Assembly: GCA_043813875.1 (NCBI GenBank)
Contig: JBDRKP010000067.1
Span: 1-58,707, forward strand
DNA: 58,707 nucleotides
Reading direction: 5' to 3'
From: an archaeon
GTDB taxonomy: Archaea > EX4484-52 > B79-G9
Made by a program: the position numbers and the translations under genes. This document shows, piece after piece, positions 38,907 through 49,608 of the stretch. The number at the start of each line of letters is the position of its first letter. Position 1 is the first letter of the stretch. The notes beneath the pieces were generated by a model. That model was given only the letters and a program-made list of their open reading frames with translations. It was not told where the DNA came from and did no database searches.

Positions 38907-39554
38907 TTATAAATCAAGTTTAGTCACATCCTCAGCAATCATATCCACCCCGAGTTCTTCTGCATCCTTTCTCTTCAACACGCCAGTCAGAACGACAGCG
39001 CATTCACAGCCCGCGTTCTTCGCCATAAGAACATCATTCTTCGTATCCCCCACATAGACTATTTTCTCGGCAGGGATATTGAAATGCCTTGAAGCAAGAA
39101 GGATCATATCCGGGAATGGCTTCCCATTTTCCACATCATCAGCGCCAATCAGCAAGCTGAAATACTTCAAAAGACCTAACCTAGACACCCACTTCTCAAG
39201 AACGTGATGGCTATTCCCAGAAGCAATCGCAAGCACATGATTCCTCTTCTTTAAGTCTAAAAGAAACTCAGAAATCCCCTCGATTTCCTCAAAACAATCA
39301 GAAAAACGATCATCCTCAAAGCCTTCCTTCACCTTTTCGCCGATACGCCTCTCAATCTCAGGAGTCCTGTAATCCTCTTCAAGCAGTTTCGGCACAATCA
39401 CCTTATAATGCTTTCCGAAATGATGGGTGATCTCCTCATCAGAAGCATTTAGAGGTACATCCGCATTACTGAAAGCGTTTCTTATATTCCGGACATGGCA
39501 ATGATTCGATTTTACAAGTACGCCGTCAAAATCAAACAAAATCAGCTTTCTCAT
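38907..39554 (-). CDS. HAD-superfamily hydrolase (phosphoglycolate phosphatase-like)
   Basis: LILFDFDGVL, KPFP and YVGDTKNDV.MAKNAG. Start trimmed to 39554 because the longer ORF overlaps the tRNA. Confidence 0.88.
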   Translation of the reverse strand: MRKLILFDFDGVLVKSNHCHVRNIRNAFSNADVPLNASDEEITHHFGKHYKVIVPKLLEEDYRTPEIERRIGEKVKEGFEDDRFSDCFEEIEGISEFLLDLKKRNHVLAIASGNSHHVLEKWVSRLGLLKYFSLLIGADDVENGKPFPDMILLASRHFNIPAEKIVYVGDTKNDVLMAKNAGCECAVVLTGVLKRKDAEELGVDMIAEDVTKLDL

Positions 39555-39591
39555 CAAGAAATCATCCTTTAGTATATCCTTTAGTATAAAA

Positions 39592-39697
39592 TGGTGGGAC
39601 GAGCGTGACTTGAACACGCGACAACTAGATGTCCAAAACGTCAAAATCAAGACGTTATTTCTTCAGTCTAGCGCTCTTCCAGCTGAGCTACCGTCCC
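39592..39697 (-). tRNA. tRNA-Phe(GAA) with a 30-nt intron at 37/38 (intron 39631-39660) and encoded CCA
   Basis: GGGACGG/TCGTCCC acceptor stem, GCTC/GAGC D-stem, CTAGA/TCTAG anticodon stem, GCGTG-TTCAAGT-CACGC T-arm and ACCA end. The intron forms a BHB-like motif. Confidence 0.95.
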
Positions 39698-39936
39698 TCG
39701 ATTACAACACACTTTAACCAGTTACTTTTATATACTTTTCTTTGTTTTCAGGATAGAATCAAAAAAATCAGTATATATCCCCTATCCGTTTTTTCAGAAA
39801 CGCCAAAAACCCATCCGAACCATGAGCATATTCCTCAATCTTCACACATGAAAAAATCCCGTCATCATACAGCTTATGCAACATAACAATTCTTATCCCA
39901 CAATAATATTAAAAGATATCTTGACACTACTATTCC

Positions 39937-41175
39937 ATGGAGCACACATCCAAGTCAATAATAGGCACCGAAAGCAAGGAACTGGCAGACAAAAAGATTG
40001 TTCTGTGCATATGCGGCTCAGTCGCAGCAGTAAAATCACCTGAAATCGCCCGCGAACTAATGAGACATGGCGCCGAAGTCTACCCCGTGATGAGTGAAAG
40101 TGCAAAAAAGATAATCCACCCATACCTCATGGAATGGTCAACAGGAAACCCCTGCATCACCGAACTCACAGGCAGGATTGAGCATGTAGAGTTATGCGGC
40201 AAGCACGAAAAAAAAGCAGACCTGCTCCTGATCGCCCCCGCAACAGCAAACACCATCTCAAAAATCGCCTGCGGAATAGACGACACAACAGTCACGACAT
40301 TTGCGACAACCGCTCTCGGCTCAAAAATACCCGTCATCATAGTCCCCGCCATGCACGAATCAATGTACGAGAACCCCATAATCGAAAAAAACATATATCT
40401 CCTCAAAAGTCAGGGCATAATCTTCATAGACCCAAAGATCGCACACATGAAAGCGCACATAAGTCCGACAGAACACATAGTAAAGACAATATGCAGCATA
40501 TTCACAAAAAAAGACCTCAAAGATAAGAGAATATTGATCACAGCAGGCCCGACAATCGAACACATCGACCCTGTGCGGATCATAACAAACCCCGGCTCAG
40601 GAAAAACAGGCATTTATCTTGCAAAAGCCGCGCATAAAAGAGGCGCAGACGTAACACTGATAACCGGCAACATAGGTCAGTTAGAAAAAGACGGCTACAA
40701 GATAATCCAGACAAAAACAACATCACAGATGTACAACGCAGTAAAAGGCAACCTTAAAGACACAGACATATTCATCCACACAGCATCAGTCGCCGACTTC
40801 ACACTAGACGCATCACAAGAGAAAATATCCACAGACAAAAAAACAATCACACTGACACTGAAACCAACGATAAAGATCATAGACGAGATCAAAAAAATCA
40901 AAAAAGACATCTTCCTAGTAGGATTCAAAGCCGATCACTCGGTAAAAAAAGATATCCTCATAGAAAAAGCCAAAAAAAAGCTCGAAAAATCAGACGCAGA
41001 CATGATAGTGGCAAACGACGTCTCGATAGAAGGCTGCGGCTTTGGGACAGACGAAAACAAAGTGATAATAGTCGACAAAAAAGGAAAAGTCATGGAAACA
41101 GAAAAGATCCACAAAAAAGACCTCGCAGACCTCATCCTCGACGAGATTTTGAAAAGGACACAAAAACCTATTTAA
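39937..41175 (+). CDS. coaBC: Bifunctional phosphopantothenoylcysteine decarboxylase/synthetase
   Basis: GSVAA.K, APATANTISK.A.GI.D, PAMH..MY, ITAGPT.E.IDPVR.ITN..SGK.G, VGFKA and IVANDV. Confidence 0.95.
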   Translation: MEHTSKSIIGTESKELADKKIVLCICGSVAAVKSPEIARELMRHGAEVYPVMSESAKKIIHPYLMEWSTGNPCITELTGRIEHVELCGKHEKKADLLLIAPATANTISKIACGIDDTTVTTFATTALGSKIPVIIVPAMHESMYENPIIEKNIYLLKSQGIIFIDPKIAHMKAHISPTEHIVKTICSIFTKKDLKDKRILITAGPTIEHIDPVRIITNPGSGKTGIYLAKAAHKRGADVTLITGNIGQLEKDGYKIIQTKTTSQMYNAVKGNLKDTDIFIHTASVADFTLDASQEKISTDKKTITLTLKPTIKIIDEIKKIKKDIFLVGFKADHSVKKDILIEKAKKKLEKSDADMIVANDVSIEGCGFGTDENKVIIVDKKGKVMETEKIHKKDLADLILDEILKRTQKPI

Positions 41176-41201
41176 AATGTATATTCAAAGATACAGAATA
41201 G

Positions 41202-42155
41202 GTGAAAAATATGTGGCTTCAACTTAAGATGTATCTTGTCATGGGCGCTTTCTTCGCAATCATATACTCCCTGTTCGTCGTCGCCGGCGCATATCTGGGA
41301 ATAGGCAACTTCATATTCTACGGCATCCTAGCGACAGTGATGATGCTCATCCAGTACATGATAGGACCGACCATAGTCAACTGGTCGATGCGCGTGCGCT
41401 ACGTAACCGAACAACAGGAACCCGAACTCCATCACATGGTCGCCGAACTTGCAAAAAAAGCAGGCATACCAAAACCAAAGATAGGCATCTCATCCATGCC
41501 CATCCCGAACGCGTTCGCCTTCGGCAGATGGAGCTCAGACGCCAGAGTATGCATCACAGAACAGATAAGAAGCCTGCTCACAAAAGACGAGCTGAAAGCA
41601 GTACTGGGCCACGAGATATCGCACATAAAAAACAGGGACGTACTGATCATAACACTCATAAGCGTAGTCCCGACAATCGCCTGGTACATGGCATGGAACT
41701 TCATGTTTTCAAGAGACCGCGAAGGCAACAGCAATTTCGCGATCGGAATCGCCGCATTCGCAATCTACTTCGCCACCAACCTCCTAGTGCTGTACGCCTC
41801 AAGGATAAGAGAATACGCAGCAGACCAGGGCAGCATCAAGCTGGGCAGCAGGCCGAGCACCATGGCCTCAGCGCTCTTCAAACTGGTCTACGGCAGCGCA
41901 AAAACACCAAAAGACATATTAAAACAGTCAGAAGGCATGAAAGCATTCTTCGCAAACGACCCGTCAAGAGCAAGAAGAGACCTGGCAGAACTCAAACAAG
42001 TGGATGCAGACGGCAGCGGCTCGATCGACGATTCCGAACTGAGAGCGATAAGGAACAAAAAAGCATCAATAACAAGCGCAGACAGATTCATGGAGATGAT
42101 GAGCACCCACCCAAACATGGTAAAGAGAGTGCAGGCGCTCTCAAGACTGAACTGA
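41202..42155 (+). CDS. htpX: M48 zinc metalloprotease HtpX
   Basis: PNAFAFG, HEISH (HExxH), SRIREYAAD and STHP...RV. Confidence 0.93.
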   Translation: MKNMWLQLKMYLVMGAFFAIIYSLFVVAGAYLGIGNFIFYGILATVMMLIQYMIGPTIVNWSMRVRYVTEQQEPELHHMVAELAKKAGIPKPKIGISSMPIPNAFAFGRWSSDARVCITEQIRSLLTKDELKAVLGHEISHIKNRDVLIITLISVVPTIAWYMAWNFMFSRDREGNSNFAIGIAAFAIYFATNLLVLYASRIREYAADQGSIKLGSRPSTMASALFKLVYGSAKTPKDILKQSEGMKAFFANDPSRARRDLAELKQVDADGSGSIDDSELRAIRNKKASITSADRFMEMMSTHPNMVKRVQALSRLN

Positions 42156-42232
42156 TAAATAAACTGATCAAGATGACCAGTTACAACACATTGAATGAAT
42201 ACGCAAACTATCTGGACCAAGAGGAGAATCGA

Positions 42233-42778
42233 ATGGATTACAGACAATACTACAATATTGAATCATATTTACTTGATACAGTCCAACCCAGATTTGCGCA
42301 AGAAGGCCAATTGTCTGCTGATGATTTCTTCTGTATTGTAATTTGGAAAGCAAATCGGTCCAAATCAAAAATTGCTAAGATACTGCTAGGAAAACATAAG
42401 AATCTTGACATAGCAATTCAATCCCTCACGACAGGTCTATCGCAACAGCCAAACGCGAAAGAGAAATTACGCTATTTGATAAAAGATTGGGATTTTCACT
42501 TGCCGATGGCATCAGCCATTCTTACTATCCTTTATCCAAATGAGTTCACGGTATATGATACACGTGTATGCGCTACATTAAGAAAGTTTCACAAACTAAA
42601 AAATCGGAAGTACTCTGAAAACTTATGGCATGAATATCAAAAATATAAACAAGAAGTTGAAAAATCGACTCCAAATGAACTTAATCTTCGAGACAAAGAT
42701 CGCTATTTGTGGGGTAAGTCTTTCTATGAACAACTTAGAAAAGACATCGAAAATGAGTTCAATGTCAACAATGGCTAG
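42233..42778 (+). CDS. Hypothetical protein, probable HhH/OGG-fold DNA glycosylase-like
   Basis: RBS GAGGAG then ATG 42233. Motifs IVIWK, PMASAILTILYP..F.VYD.RV and LRDKDRYLW resemble HhH-GPD glycosylase cores. Codon usage is atypical. Confidence 0.55.
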   Translation: MDYRQYYNIESYLLDTVQPRFAQEGQLSADDFFCIVIWKANRSKSKIAKILLGKHKNLDIAIQSLTTGLSQQPNAKEKLRYLIKDWDFHLPMASAILTILYPNEFTVYDTRVCATLRKFHKLKNRKYSENLWHEYQKYKQEVEKSTPNELNLRDKDRYLWGKSFYEQLRKDIENEFNVNNG

Positions 42779-42808
42779 TCAATAAACCAACCACACATAT
42801 CGTATACA

Positions 42809-43648
42809 TCACCCATACCTCTTTCCATGCACAGCAAGATATCTCCTCAAAAAATAATTCAAAAAACCATCTTCATCCCTTAAAAGCGCCCGATAATAAG
42901 ACTTCCTCTTCGCATACTCGATAATCAGCATAGGATAACCTCCATGCCATAGTATATGATTCATAAGCAGCCTTCCAATCCTTCCATTCCCGTCCCCGAA
43001 CGGATGAATCTTCTCGAAACGATAATGCGCCCGAGCCGCGAGCTCAACAGGATTCATCCCCCCTTTATCAATAAACCCAACAAGCTCTTCCATAAGCCCA
43101 GAAACATCCTGCCAGTCAGGAGCATTATAAGAACCCACCCTGACAAGAAAATCCCGAAACCTCCCCGCTATATCTTTCTTTGTACCCCCGAAAATGCCCT
43201 CATGCCACCTCAACACCAATTCATTTGAAACCTTCTCCTGCTTATCAAGCATCTCCAAAAAGACATCAAAATGTGCCTCAGTCTCCCGGACATCCCTCAG
43301 CGGCTTATTAGAAGCCATCTTATCAACAACAATCCCTCTGGTCTCCTCAAGAGTGATAGTCGAACCCTCGATAGCATTAGTATTATAAGTAAATGCGATT
43401 GCAATCTCCTGAATGTCCCTTGCTTTGGCGCTCTCAGGACATCTTTTCCATTCCTCCTGGAACTTATCCTTTATCCTTTCAAGCTTCAGATAAAGAGCCC
43501 TCTGCCATTCCTCTCTCGATAGCTGCTTCAACCCCTCGACATTTTCAGGAATTCTTTTCCCAAGATACTTTTCCCTGGTCACGACCTTCCCGCACTCTCT
43601 AAACGAGTGCTGCAGATAAAAATACTCTCCTCTCCGGATAATTCTCAT
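42809..43648 (-). CDS. Fic-domain protein
   Basis: Canonical HPFGDGNGRIGR and inhibitory-type TYNTNAIEG motif, plus an N-terminal YFYL.HS.R..GKV...EKYLG domain. Confidence 0.92.
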   Translation of the reverse strand: MRIIRRGEYFYLQHSFRECGKVVTREKYLGKRIPENVEGLKQLSREEWQRALYLKLERIKDKFQEEWKRCPESAKARDIQEIAIAFTYNTNAIEGSTITLEETRGIVVDKMASNKPLRDVRETEAHFDVFLEMLDKQEKVSNELVLRWHEGIFGGTKKDIAGRFRDFLVRVGSYNAPDWQDVSGLMEELVGFIDKGGMNPVELAARAHYRFEKIHPFGDGNGRIGRLLMNHILWHGGYPMLIIEYAKRKSYYRALLRDEDGFLNYFLRRYLAVHGKRYG

Positions 43649-43658
43649 AATAGAATAT

Positions 43659-43709
43659 TACCATTACAAATATTTAAAATTAACGAAATATCATCAAAAT
43701 GTAATGGTA
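43659..43709. promoter_or_regulatory. 10-bp inverted repeat flanking the TATA box of the fic gene
   Basis: TACCATTACA (43659-43668) and TGTAATGGTA (43700-43709) surround TTTAAATA (minus strand, 43671-43678). Confidence 0.55.
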
Positions 43710-43813
43710 TAAAACCAGAAATCTGCCCCACAGACACCGTCAAACAAGCAGGAATCAAAAAGACAACGAGAACCAGACACACGAAAACAAAAATAACTTA
43801 CAAAAAAGAAGAC

Positions 43814-44965
43814 CTAAAACATATCAATGCCAAGACCAGAAACAGTAACACTTCTGTGAGGAGTCACATTTTTCCTGATATCAGCATATATATCCGCAAC
43901 AGACTGCTTTATACCCGTAACCACAACCATGACTTCAAGAGGAGCCTTCAGGTTCTGCGTGATCGATGCCCCCCAGATAATTTTCGCATCATCAGACAGA
44001 TTCTTTCTAATCAGGTTGACAATAGTTTCAGACTCCTTCAAAGTAAGATCAGGCCCGCCCGTAACATTGATAAGAGCCCCGGTCGCGTCCTGTATATCAA
44101 CAGACAGTAGCGGATTGTTAAGCGCCTTATAGACAGCATTCTCCACCCGTTTATTTGAATCATCATATCCTATGCCGATCATAGACATGCCGCCATCACA
44201 CATGACAGACCTGACATCAGCAAAATCAAGATTGATAAGACCCGGCTTTGTTATAAGCTCAGTCATGCCTTTCATCGCACCCACCAAAATCTCATCAGCA
44301 ACCCTGAACGCCTGGTCTATTGGAAGATCAGGCACAATCTCAAGCAACTTCTCATTTGGGATAATGATCAAAGTATCAACCAACTTCTCAAGCTTTTCAA
44401 GCCCGCCCCTTGCATTCATATGCCTGTTATTGCCCTCCATCTCAAAAGGCAACGTGACAATCGCAATAGTAAGCGCTCCAAGCGACTTGGAAACTTCAGC
44501 AACAACAGGAGCTGTCCCCGTACCGGTTCCTCCACCAAGCCCGCACGTTATAAAAACCATATTTGATTTACCTATAGCCTTGTGAATAGCCATCTTCGAC
44601 TCACGTGCTGCTTCCTCCCCTAGACGCGGATCAGAACCGGCACCAAGCCCTTTCGTCACCTGCTCCCCGAGAAGTATCTTTTCATCAGCATAACTCTCCA
44701 AAAGATCCTGCGCATCAGTATTCACGGCAATGACTTTCGCACCGACAATGCCGATCTGAGACAACCGGTTCACAGTATTGTTGCCGGCACCCCCGCATCC
44801 CACGATAGTTATATCAACAAACTTATTCTCGATAAGCTGCTTGAGCTCAGCATCAATATCATGATGTCTCGAACCTGACTTTGGAGCTAGCTTCCTCTCA
44901 ATTTTTTTATCGAGTTCATCTTCTCTGTCAAGAACACCTTTAATAATATCATCCATTGGAATCAC
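43814..44965 (-). CDS. ftsZ: Cell division protein FtsZ
   Basis: VGCGGAGNN, NTDAQ, GLGGGTGTG and INLDFADV. Confidence 0.97.
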   Translation of the reverse strand: MIPMDDIIKGVLDREDELDKKIERKLAPKSGSRHHDIDAELKQLIENKFVDITIVGCGGAGNNTVNRLSQIGIVGAKVIAVNTDAQDLLESYADEKILLGEQVTKGLGAGSDPRLGEEAARESKMAIHKAIGKSNMVFITCGLGGGTGTGTAPVVAEVSKSLGALTIAIVTLPFEMEGNNRHMNARGGLEKLEKLVDTLIIIPNEKLLEIVPDLPIDQAFRVADEILVGAMKGMTELITKPGLINLDFADVRSVMCDGGMSMIGIGYDDSNKRVENAVYKALNNPLLSVDIQDATGALINVTGGPDLTLKESETIVNLIRKNLSDDAKIIWGASITQNLKAPLEVMVVVTGIKQSVADIYADIRKNVTPHRSVTVSGLGIDMF

Positions 44966-45008
44966 TTGCCTATGATAGCACAGAAACCTTTAAATCTGTT
45001 TAGGATTG

Positions 45009-46130
45009 TCAGAGGATGAACTGCTTGTTCTCTATCTTTGTCGGCAGGTATTCTTTCGCAGTGAATTCAATCGATTTTGCGACAAGCGAATCCTGCTCAA
45101 TCTTATATCCGAACTGCTTCATCGCAGCGAACTCATTCTTCCACCCGCGCGACTGGAACCAGTCATACGCCTCGATTTCCTTTATCCTTTTAAGATCAAT
45201 ATCCTTCAGCTTGATATACGCGCTTTTCGGTATATCAAACTGCTTCACATCACTGGTACTGAACCCCAGGTACTTGGCTTTTGGCGCCCCGGCCTTCTCC
45301 GAAAAGAAAGCAAGATTGATACTTCCCTGCTTATACACCGAATAGATATAATAGCCCCACGGATCCATATCCGCAAAGACATAGATAGGTATATTCAGCT
45401 CATGCTGCATCCTCTGAAGAAGCCTTCTCTCAGCCCTCGCCGGCTGACCCTTGCCCGTCATTATGATACAATTCGCATCCTTCCAGTACTTCTGCTGGTT
45501 CAAAAGGTTCCATACAGCGAATTTCTCTATCACCAGTATAAAATCAGCACTGCATTCCGTTATATCAAACGCATCCTTCTCAACGCTTGGCGGCACCGCG
45601 CCACCAGCAGAACCCATCTTCGTGAAATCAAGGATGTCGCCGGTCTTATCTTTAACAATCATAGGACCGGTTATGACGCCTTTCGGCGTAGCTATAAGCT
45701 TCAACTCCTCGCGCAACGCATCAACCATCACTTCTACATCCTCGATCAGCGGATCAGACTCATCCTGGGTATCAAACGTATTCTCTTTCGACCCCTCGAT
45801 ATTGTGCTTGAGAGTATAATACAATTGCCTGATACTCAAAGCAGGCTTCTGCTGTTCCAGCATCCACTTGATCTGCTTAGCCACAAGCAGCGTCTGCATG
45901 AATTTCTTGGCCTGGTTAAGATTGATATAATACCTCTTCTGCTTCTTGTCTCCAAGCTTGATAAGGCCTTCTTTCTCATCAAAATACACATTATTAAGTG
46001 CACGCGTAAGTATAGCCATCGAGGGATTCTTCTTCAGCTCGATATCATGTAAGACATCATTACCTAGTGCCTCTAAACGTGTTGCAATCTCCTGTCCTCT
46101 CTGAGCTTCCGTCATCACCATATCACTCAC
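45009..46130 (-). CDS. top6A: DNA topoisomerase VI subunit A
   Basis: SIRQLYY (catalytic Tyr), Q.ESD..IED, VIEK, GKGQP, D.DPWG and K.EQ. Confidence 0.95.
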   Translation of the reverse strand: MSDMVMTEAQRGQEIATRLEALGNDVLHDIELKKNPSMAILTRALNNVYFDEKEGLIKLGDKKQKRYYINLNQAKKFMQTLLVAKQIKWMLEQQKPALSIRQLYYTLKHNIEGSKENTFDTQDESDPLIEDVEVMVDALREELKLIATPKGVITGPMIVKDKTGDILDFTKMGSAGGAVPPSVEKDAFDITECSADFILVIEKFAVWNLLNQQKYWKDANCIIMTGKGQPARAERRLLQRMQHELNIPIYVFADMDPWGYYIYSVYKQGSINLAFFSEKAGAPKAKYLGFSTSDVKQFDIPKSAYIKLKDIDLKRIKEIEAYDWFQSRGWKNEFAAMKQFGYKIEQDSLVAKSIEFTAKEYLPTKIENKQFIL

Positions 46131-47809
46131 TCTCCGCGCTCCTTATCTTCATCATCCCTGTCATCAGAAACATCATCCTCAACATCTCCATCTACCATAT
46201 TCTCATCATCTATAGTCTCATCCAAAGATTGTTCTGACCCTTCCTCAGCATCCTCAATAATCATCGTCTTCAGCTTCTCAGTGATAAGCTCAGATAGCTG
46301 GCTTTCAATGACCTTACCATCCTTGCCTGTCAGGTCATGCAAAGCACCCGCAAGTTCACGGATATACCTGTGGAACAATGCCTTCTTCTCTTCAGCCTCA
46401 TTGGCTCTCCTTTTTTTAGAAAGATACAGCCCCAATCTTCTTGCAGCCTCCTGCATGGCAAGCCTGATCTCTTTGATTATAATAGGATATGCAGCAATTG
46501 CCTCCTTGCCTTCAGAAGTATATGGCACCCACACAGAAGCGAAATGCACCGTGATAGCCACCGGCCCTACAGGCAGCGACCCGCCGCTCTGGCTGAGCTT
46601 ATAACGCCTCCAGTCGGTCTGGATTACGGACTTTGTGATTGCGCACGCAGACTGCTCATAAAGCAAAGGCACCTTGTTGGCAAAACGCATTATCTGCACC
46701 GAACCTTCCGGATCAAGACTGCCTCCATAAGCGATACCGACCTCAACAAGGAACGGATTCCCGGCATACACTGTTGCCGACCTTGAGACAGCGCTCACAA
46801 ACTCCGGATTCAGTTCCTTCTTCAGGCCCTCCTCAATCGGCTTTGCTCCTATCGGCGAAAGGCAGTCAGTAGGTGGATTCTGCAATTTCGCCTTCTGCAT
46901 CTGCTCATGAAGCGCATCAGCCTCATCACGCGTAAGCGATGACGGTGAAACTTTAGGATCGACATTTGCAAGGACACATAGCTCCTTTGCCTTCTCCGAA
47001 CTGATCCTTGAAAATTCAGACGCAAGGAACCCGCTTATCATCCTTGACTTGGTATTCTTCATCATCCTTAGCATCGTGCCAAGCTCAATTCCTGATGCAT
47101 GCGGCATTATTTCACGCGGCTCCTTTGGCAATTCATCAACAGCCCGTGGAAACTCGAATTTTTCGCCCTCAGGATCCACAAACACAATCTTCGAGAACGG
47201 ATTCATGATTGCCGTCTGCTGGAGATACTCATAGATCGATTGCTTCCCTTTGACATATCTGCCTTTGACCTCTATCTCGATCCTGGTGCCGTGACCGGTA
47301 CCGTACACTGTATCTTCGCTTACAATGACCGGCTCATTGGTCTGTATATCGATATGCAACTCATATATATGAGTCTTGCCGTCATTGATTCTTGAATATA
47401 TCTTCGCTGACTTTCCCGTCGTCAACTGCCCGTACAAAACAGCGGCTGATATCCCTATACCCTGCTGGCCGCGGCTCTGTCTCAACCTGTGGAACTTGGA
47501 ACCATAAAGAAGCTTACCGAAGATTTTCGGGATGTTTTTCTTCACGATACCCGGACCATTATCCTCGATTATGACCTTGAATCTTGCATCAGCATTCGCC
47601 TTCTTCTGCAGTTCCACATATATATCAGGAAGTATACGCGCCTCTTCACAGGCATCAAGCGAATTGTCTACACCTTCCCTCACCACAGTCAGAAGCGACT
47701 TCTGCAGATTCTCATACCCCAACAAGTGCTTGTTTTTCTCAAAAAATTCCGCTATTGAAATAGCTTTATGTGCCTTTGCCATTGTATCTGCAATATTTTC
47801 TTCCATCAT
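46127..47809 (-). CDS. top6B: DNA topoisomerase VI subunit B
   Basis: [35 protein letters not shown] and [10 protein letters not shown]. Confidence 0.96.
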   Translation of the reverse strand: MMEENIADTMAKAHKAISIAEFFEKNKHLLGYENLQKSLLTVVREGVDNSLDACEEARILPDIYVELQKKANADARFKVIIEDNGPGIVKKNIPKIFGKLLYGSKFHRLRQSRGQQGIGISAAVLYGQLTTGKSAKIYSRINDGKTHIYELHIDIQTNEPVIVSEDTVYGTGHGTRIEIEVKGRYVKGKQSIYEYLQQTAIMNPFSKIVFVDPEGEKFEFPRAVDELPKEPREIMPHASGIELGTMLRMMKNTKSRMISGFLASEFSRISSEKAKELCVLANVDPKVSPSSLTRDEADALHEQMQKAKLQNPPTDCLSPIGAKPIEEGLKKELNPEFVSAVSRSATVYAGNPFLVEVGIAYGGSLDPEGSVQIMRFANKVPLLYEQSACAITKSVIQTDWRRYKLSQSGGSLPVGPVAITVHFASVWVPYTSEGKEAIAAYPIIIKEIRLAMQEAARRLGLYLSKKRRANEAEEKKALFHRYIRELAGALHDLTGKDGKVIESQLSELITEKLKTMIIEDAEEGSEQSLDETIDDENMVDGDVEDDVSDDRDDEDKERGE

Positions 47810-47819
47810 GTCACCTTAT

Positions 47820-48341
47820 TTACACAATATTTAAAGTCTTCTGCCGCGCCCTCTTCTCAAGGAATACCCTCATCGCCCTGTGCGTCGCGCCGTCAATCAG
47901 CATGAATATAGCCTCCTTTGCCACATCGACATCATCATATTTCCCGATTAACGATATAGTCTTCCCAAAGACCACAACCTTCGTATCCGTCAGTTCCTCT
48001 ATCATTTTTCTTGACTTGCCGTCGGTACCTATCAGCCGGGACTTGTATCGTATCAGCGTTCTTTCGCTTTTATGCGAAAAATCCTTCAGATTGACAATCT
48101 GGAATACATACTCATCATCCAGAAGCACCAGTGCTTCATCACACGTGAAACCCCGACCAATTGCCTTGATTATGCTCTTCAGTTTCAACTGGTTCAGCGA
48201 ATCATTGCAATAGTATTCAACCTCTCCTGATTCAGACACATTTATCTTACAGCCAAGTTCGTTCTCAAGCTTCCTCTTCGTCTCCCCGCCTTTACCGATA
48301 AGCGCTCCGATGCGCAATACCGGTATCTTCAAGAACTCCAT
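47820..48341 (-). CDS. KH-domain RNA-processing protein (Dim2/Pno1)
   Basis: RIGALIGKGG, IKAIGRGF, RLIGTDGK and LIDGATH. Adjacent to rio1 and aIF-1A. Confidence 0.9.
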   Translation of the reverse strand: MEFLKIPVLRIGALIGKGGETKRKLENELGCKINVSESGEVEYYCNDSLNQLKLKSIIKAIGRGFTCDEALVLLDDEYVFQIVNLKDFSHKSERTLIRYKSRLIGTDGKSRKMIEELTDTKVVVFGKTISLIGKYDDVDVAKEAIFMLIDGATHRAMRVFLEKRARQKTLNIV

Positions 48342-48462
48342 AATTTGTTACACCTTTAATCTTTATATATCTTTTTATTTAATTTACAGCACCGCTGCAC
48401 CTGTTTTCCATAATTAGAAAACGCGATGGTTTCAATTTGACGACATAGATATTTATATATTG

Positions 48463-49185
48463 CTATGATTTTGATTTCAATATAGCTTGAATTATTTTAT
48501 CCTTATCCCTCACAACACCCAACCCCCCAAAATACCTGCACAGATTACTTATATCTCTATCCAGGAACTCCCCCGCAAGCTGATGGCTCAACTCCACAGC
48601 CTGCGCAAGATCATGGATGACAGGACGCCCATCGAAAAATAGGACATTATATTCACTAAGATCAGCATGTACAAGCCCCGCCTCATGATAAAGCTTTTTT
48701 ATCTCCTTGATGATATCATCGAATGTCTTGACCGGACTCTTCAGTTGAACCTCTTTGAGCTTCGGTGAAAGCTCAGTGCCACCGATATACTCCATCACAA
48801 GTATATTTTTATAAAACGCAATCGGAGTCGGCACATTGACTCCGGCCTTCTTCGACCTTTTAAGATTAGAGAACTCCTTTTTGCACCAGTTGTACACAAG
48901 CGAGCGGCGGGTAAGCTTGATGCCGGCAAATCTCCTGTCCCCCACAATATACTTTTGCATCTTCTGAAACTGGGATGCCTCTATCTTGAATATCTTAAGT
49001 ATTATCTTCTTGCCGTCTTTATCCGTTGCAACAATAATCGTGCTTTCCTTCCCTTCCTTTGCGACCCCGACAAGATCATCCACAATACCACGAGCCTGAA
49101 GTTTGGATATTGCCCGTGAGGTGCTAAGATCAAGAAAACCTTCAACGATTTTCCGGTCATTCGAGTCCTTGATAGTCCACGTCAT
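48463..49185 (-). CDS. rio1: RIO1-type serine kinase
   Basis: GKES, WCKKEFSNL, LVMEYIG, LVHADLSEYNV and D..QAV...H...FL.RD. Confidence 0.93.
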   Translation of the reverse strand: MTWTIKDSNDRKIVEGFLDLSTSRAISKLQARGIVDDLVGVAKEGKESTIIVATDKDGKKIILKIFKIEASQFQKMQKYIVGDRRFAGIKLTRRSLVYNWCKKEFSNLKRSKKAGVNVPTPIAFYKNILVMEYIGGTELSPKLKEVQLKSPVKTFDDIIKEIKKLYHEAGLVHADLSEYNVLFFDGRPVIHDLAQAVELSHQLAGEFLDRDISNLCRYFGGLGVVRDKDKIIQAILKSKS

Positions 49186-49266
49186 AGAATTCTATTATTC
49201 ACTGTAATTTAAAAAGAGAGAATACACAAACAAAAGGACAAGAAAAGAAACATGGAAAAATAAACA

Positions 49267-49608
49267 CTACCCTTCAAGCCCTTCTAGAAGCCCTTTGTTC
49301 CTGAGCCAGTCAACCTGAGCTTTACGATATTTGTAGATGATATCGCCTTTTTTATCGCCCTCAAACTCCCATGGCACCATAAGAACAATCTCGCCTTCTC
49401 GCACCCATATTTTCCTGCGGTATTTGCCAGGGACCCTGCATATCCTCATCTTCTTATCAGTACATATCACATACATCTTACCGAAACCGAGACGAGACTC
49501 AATCATCCCGAGAAGCTCATTATCTCTTGGAGTCCGTACCCTGACAACCTCGCCAGGAGTCTCTCCACCCTTATAATGAGATCCGCCACTACTACGTTTT
49601 TTATACAT
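49267..49608 (-). CDS. eif1a: Translation initiation factor aIF-1A
   Basis: RVRTP..E..G...RLG, C.D...R.CR.PG, WVREG..V...PW and DIIYKY...QV.WL. Confidence 0.94.
   Translation of the reverse strand: MYKKRSSGGSHYKGGETPGEVVRVRTPRDNELLGMIESRLGFGKMYVICTDKKMRICRVPGKYRRKIWVREGEIVLMVPWEFEGDKKGDIIYKYRKAQVDWLRNKGLLEGLEG

Noticed and set aside
39768..39884. 38-aa minus-strand ORF upstream of tRNA-Phe
   Set aside because: Too short, with no motif or RBS evidence.
41528..42232. 5' part of the 416-aa ORF 41528-42778
   Set aside because: It is an off-frame shadow of htpX. The real gene starts at ATG 42233 after GAGGAG.
45006..46052. 348-aa plus-strand ORF (also 53014-53943, 51916-52608 and many shorter antisense ORFs)
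   Set aside because: These are antisense shadows of top6A, mcm and other well-supported genes, with no motifs.
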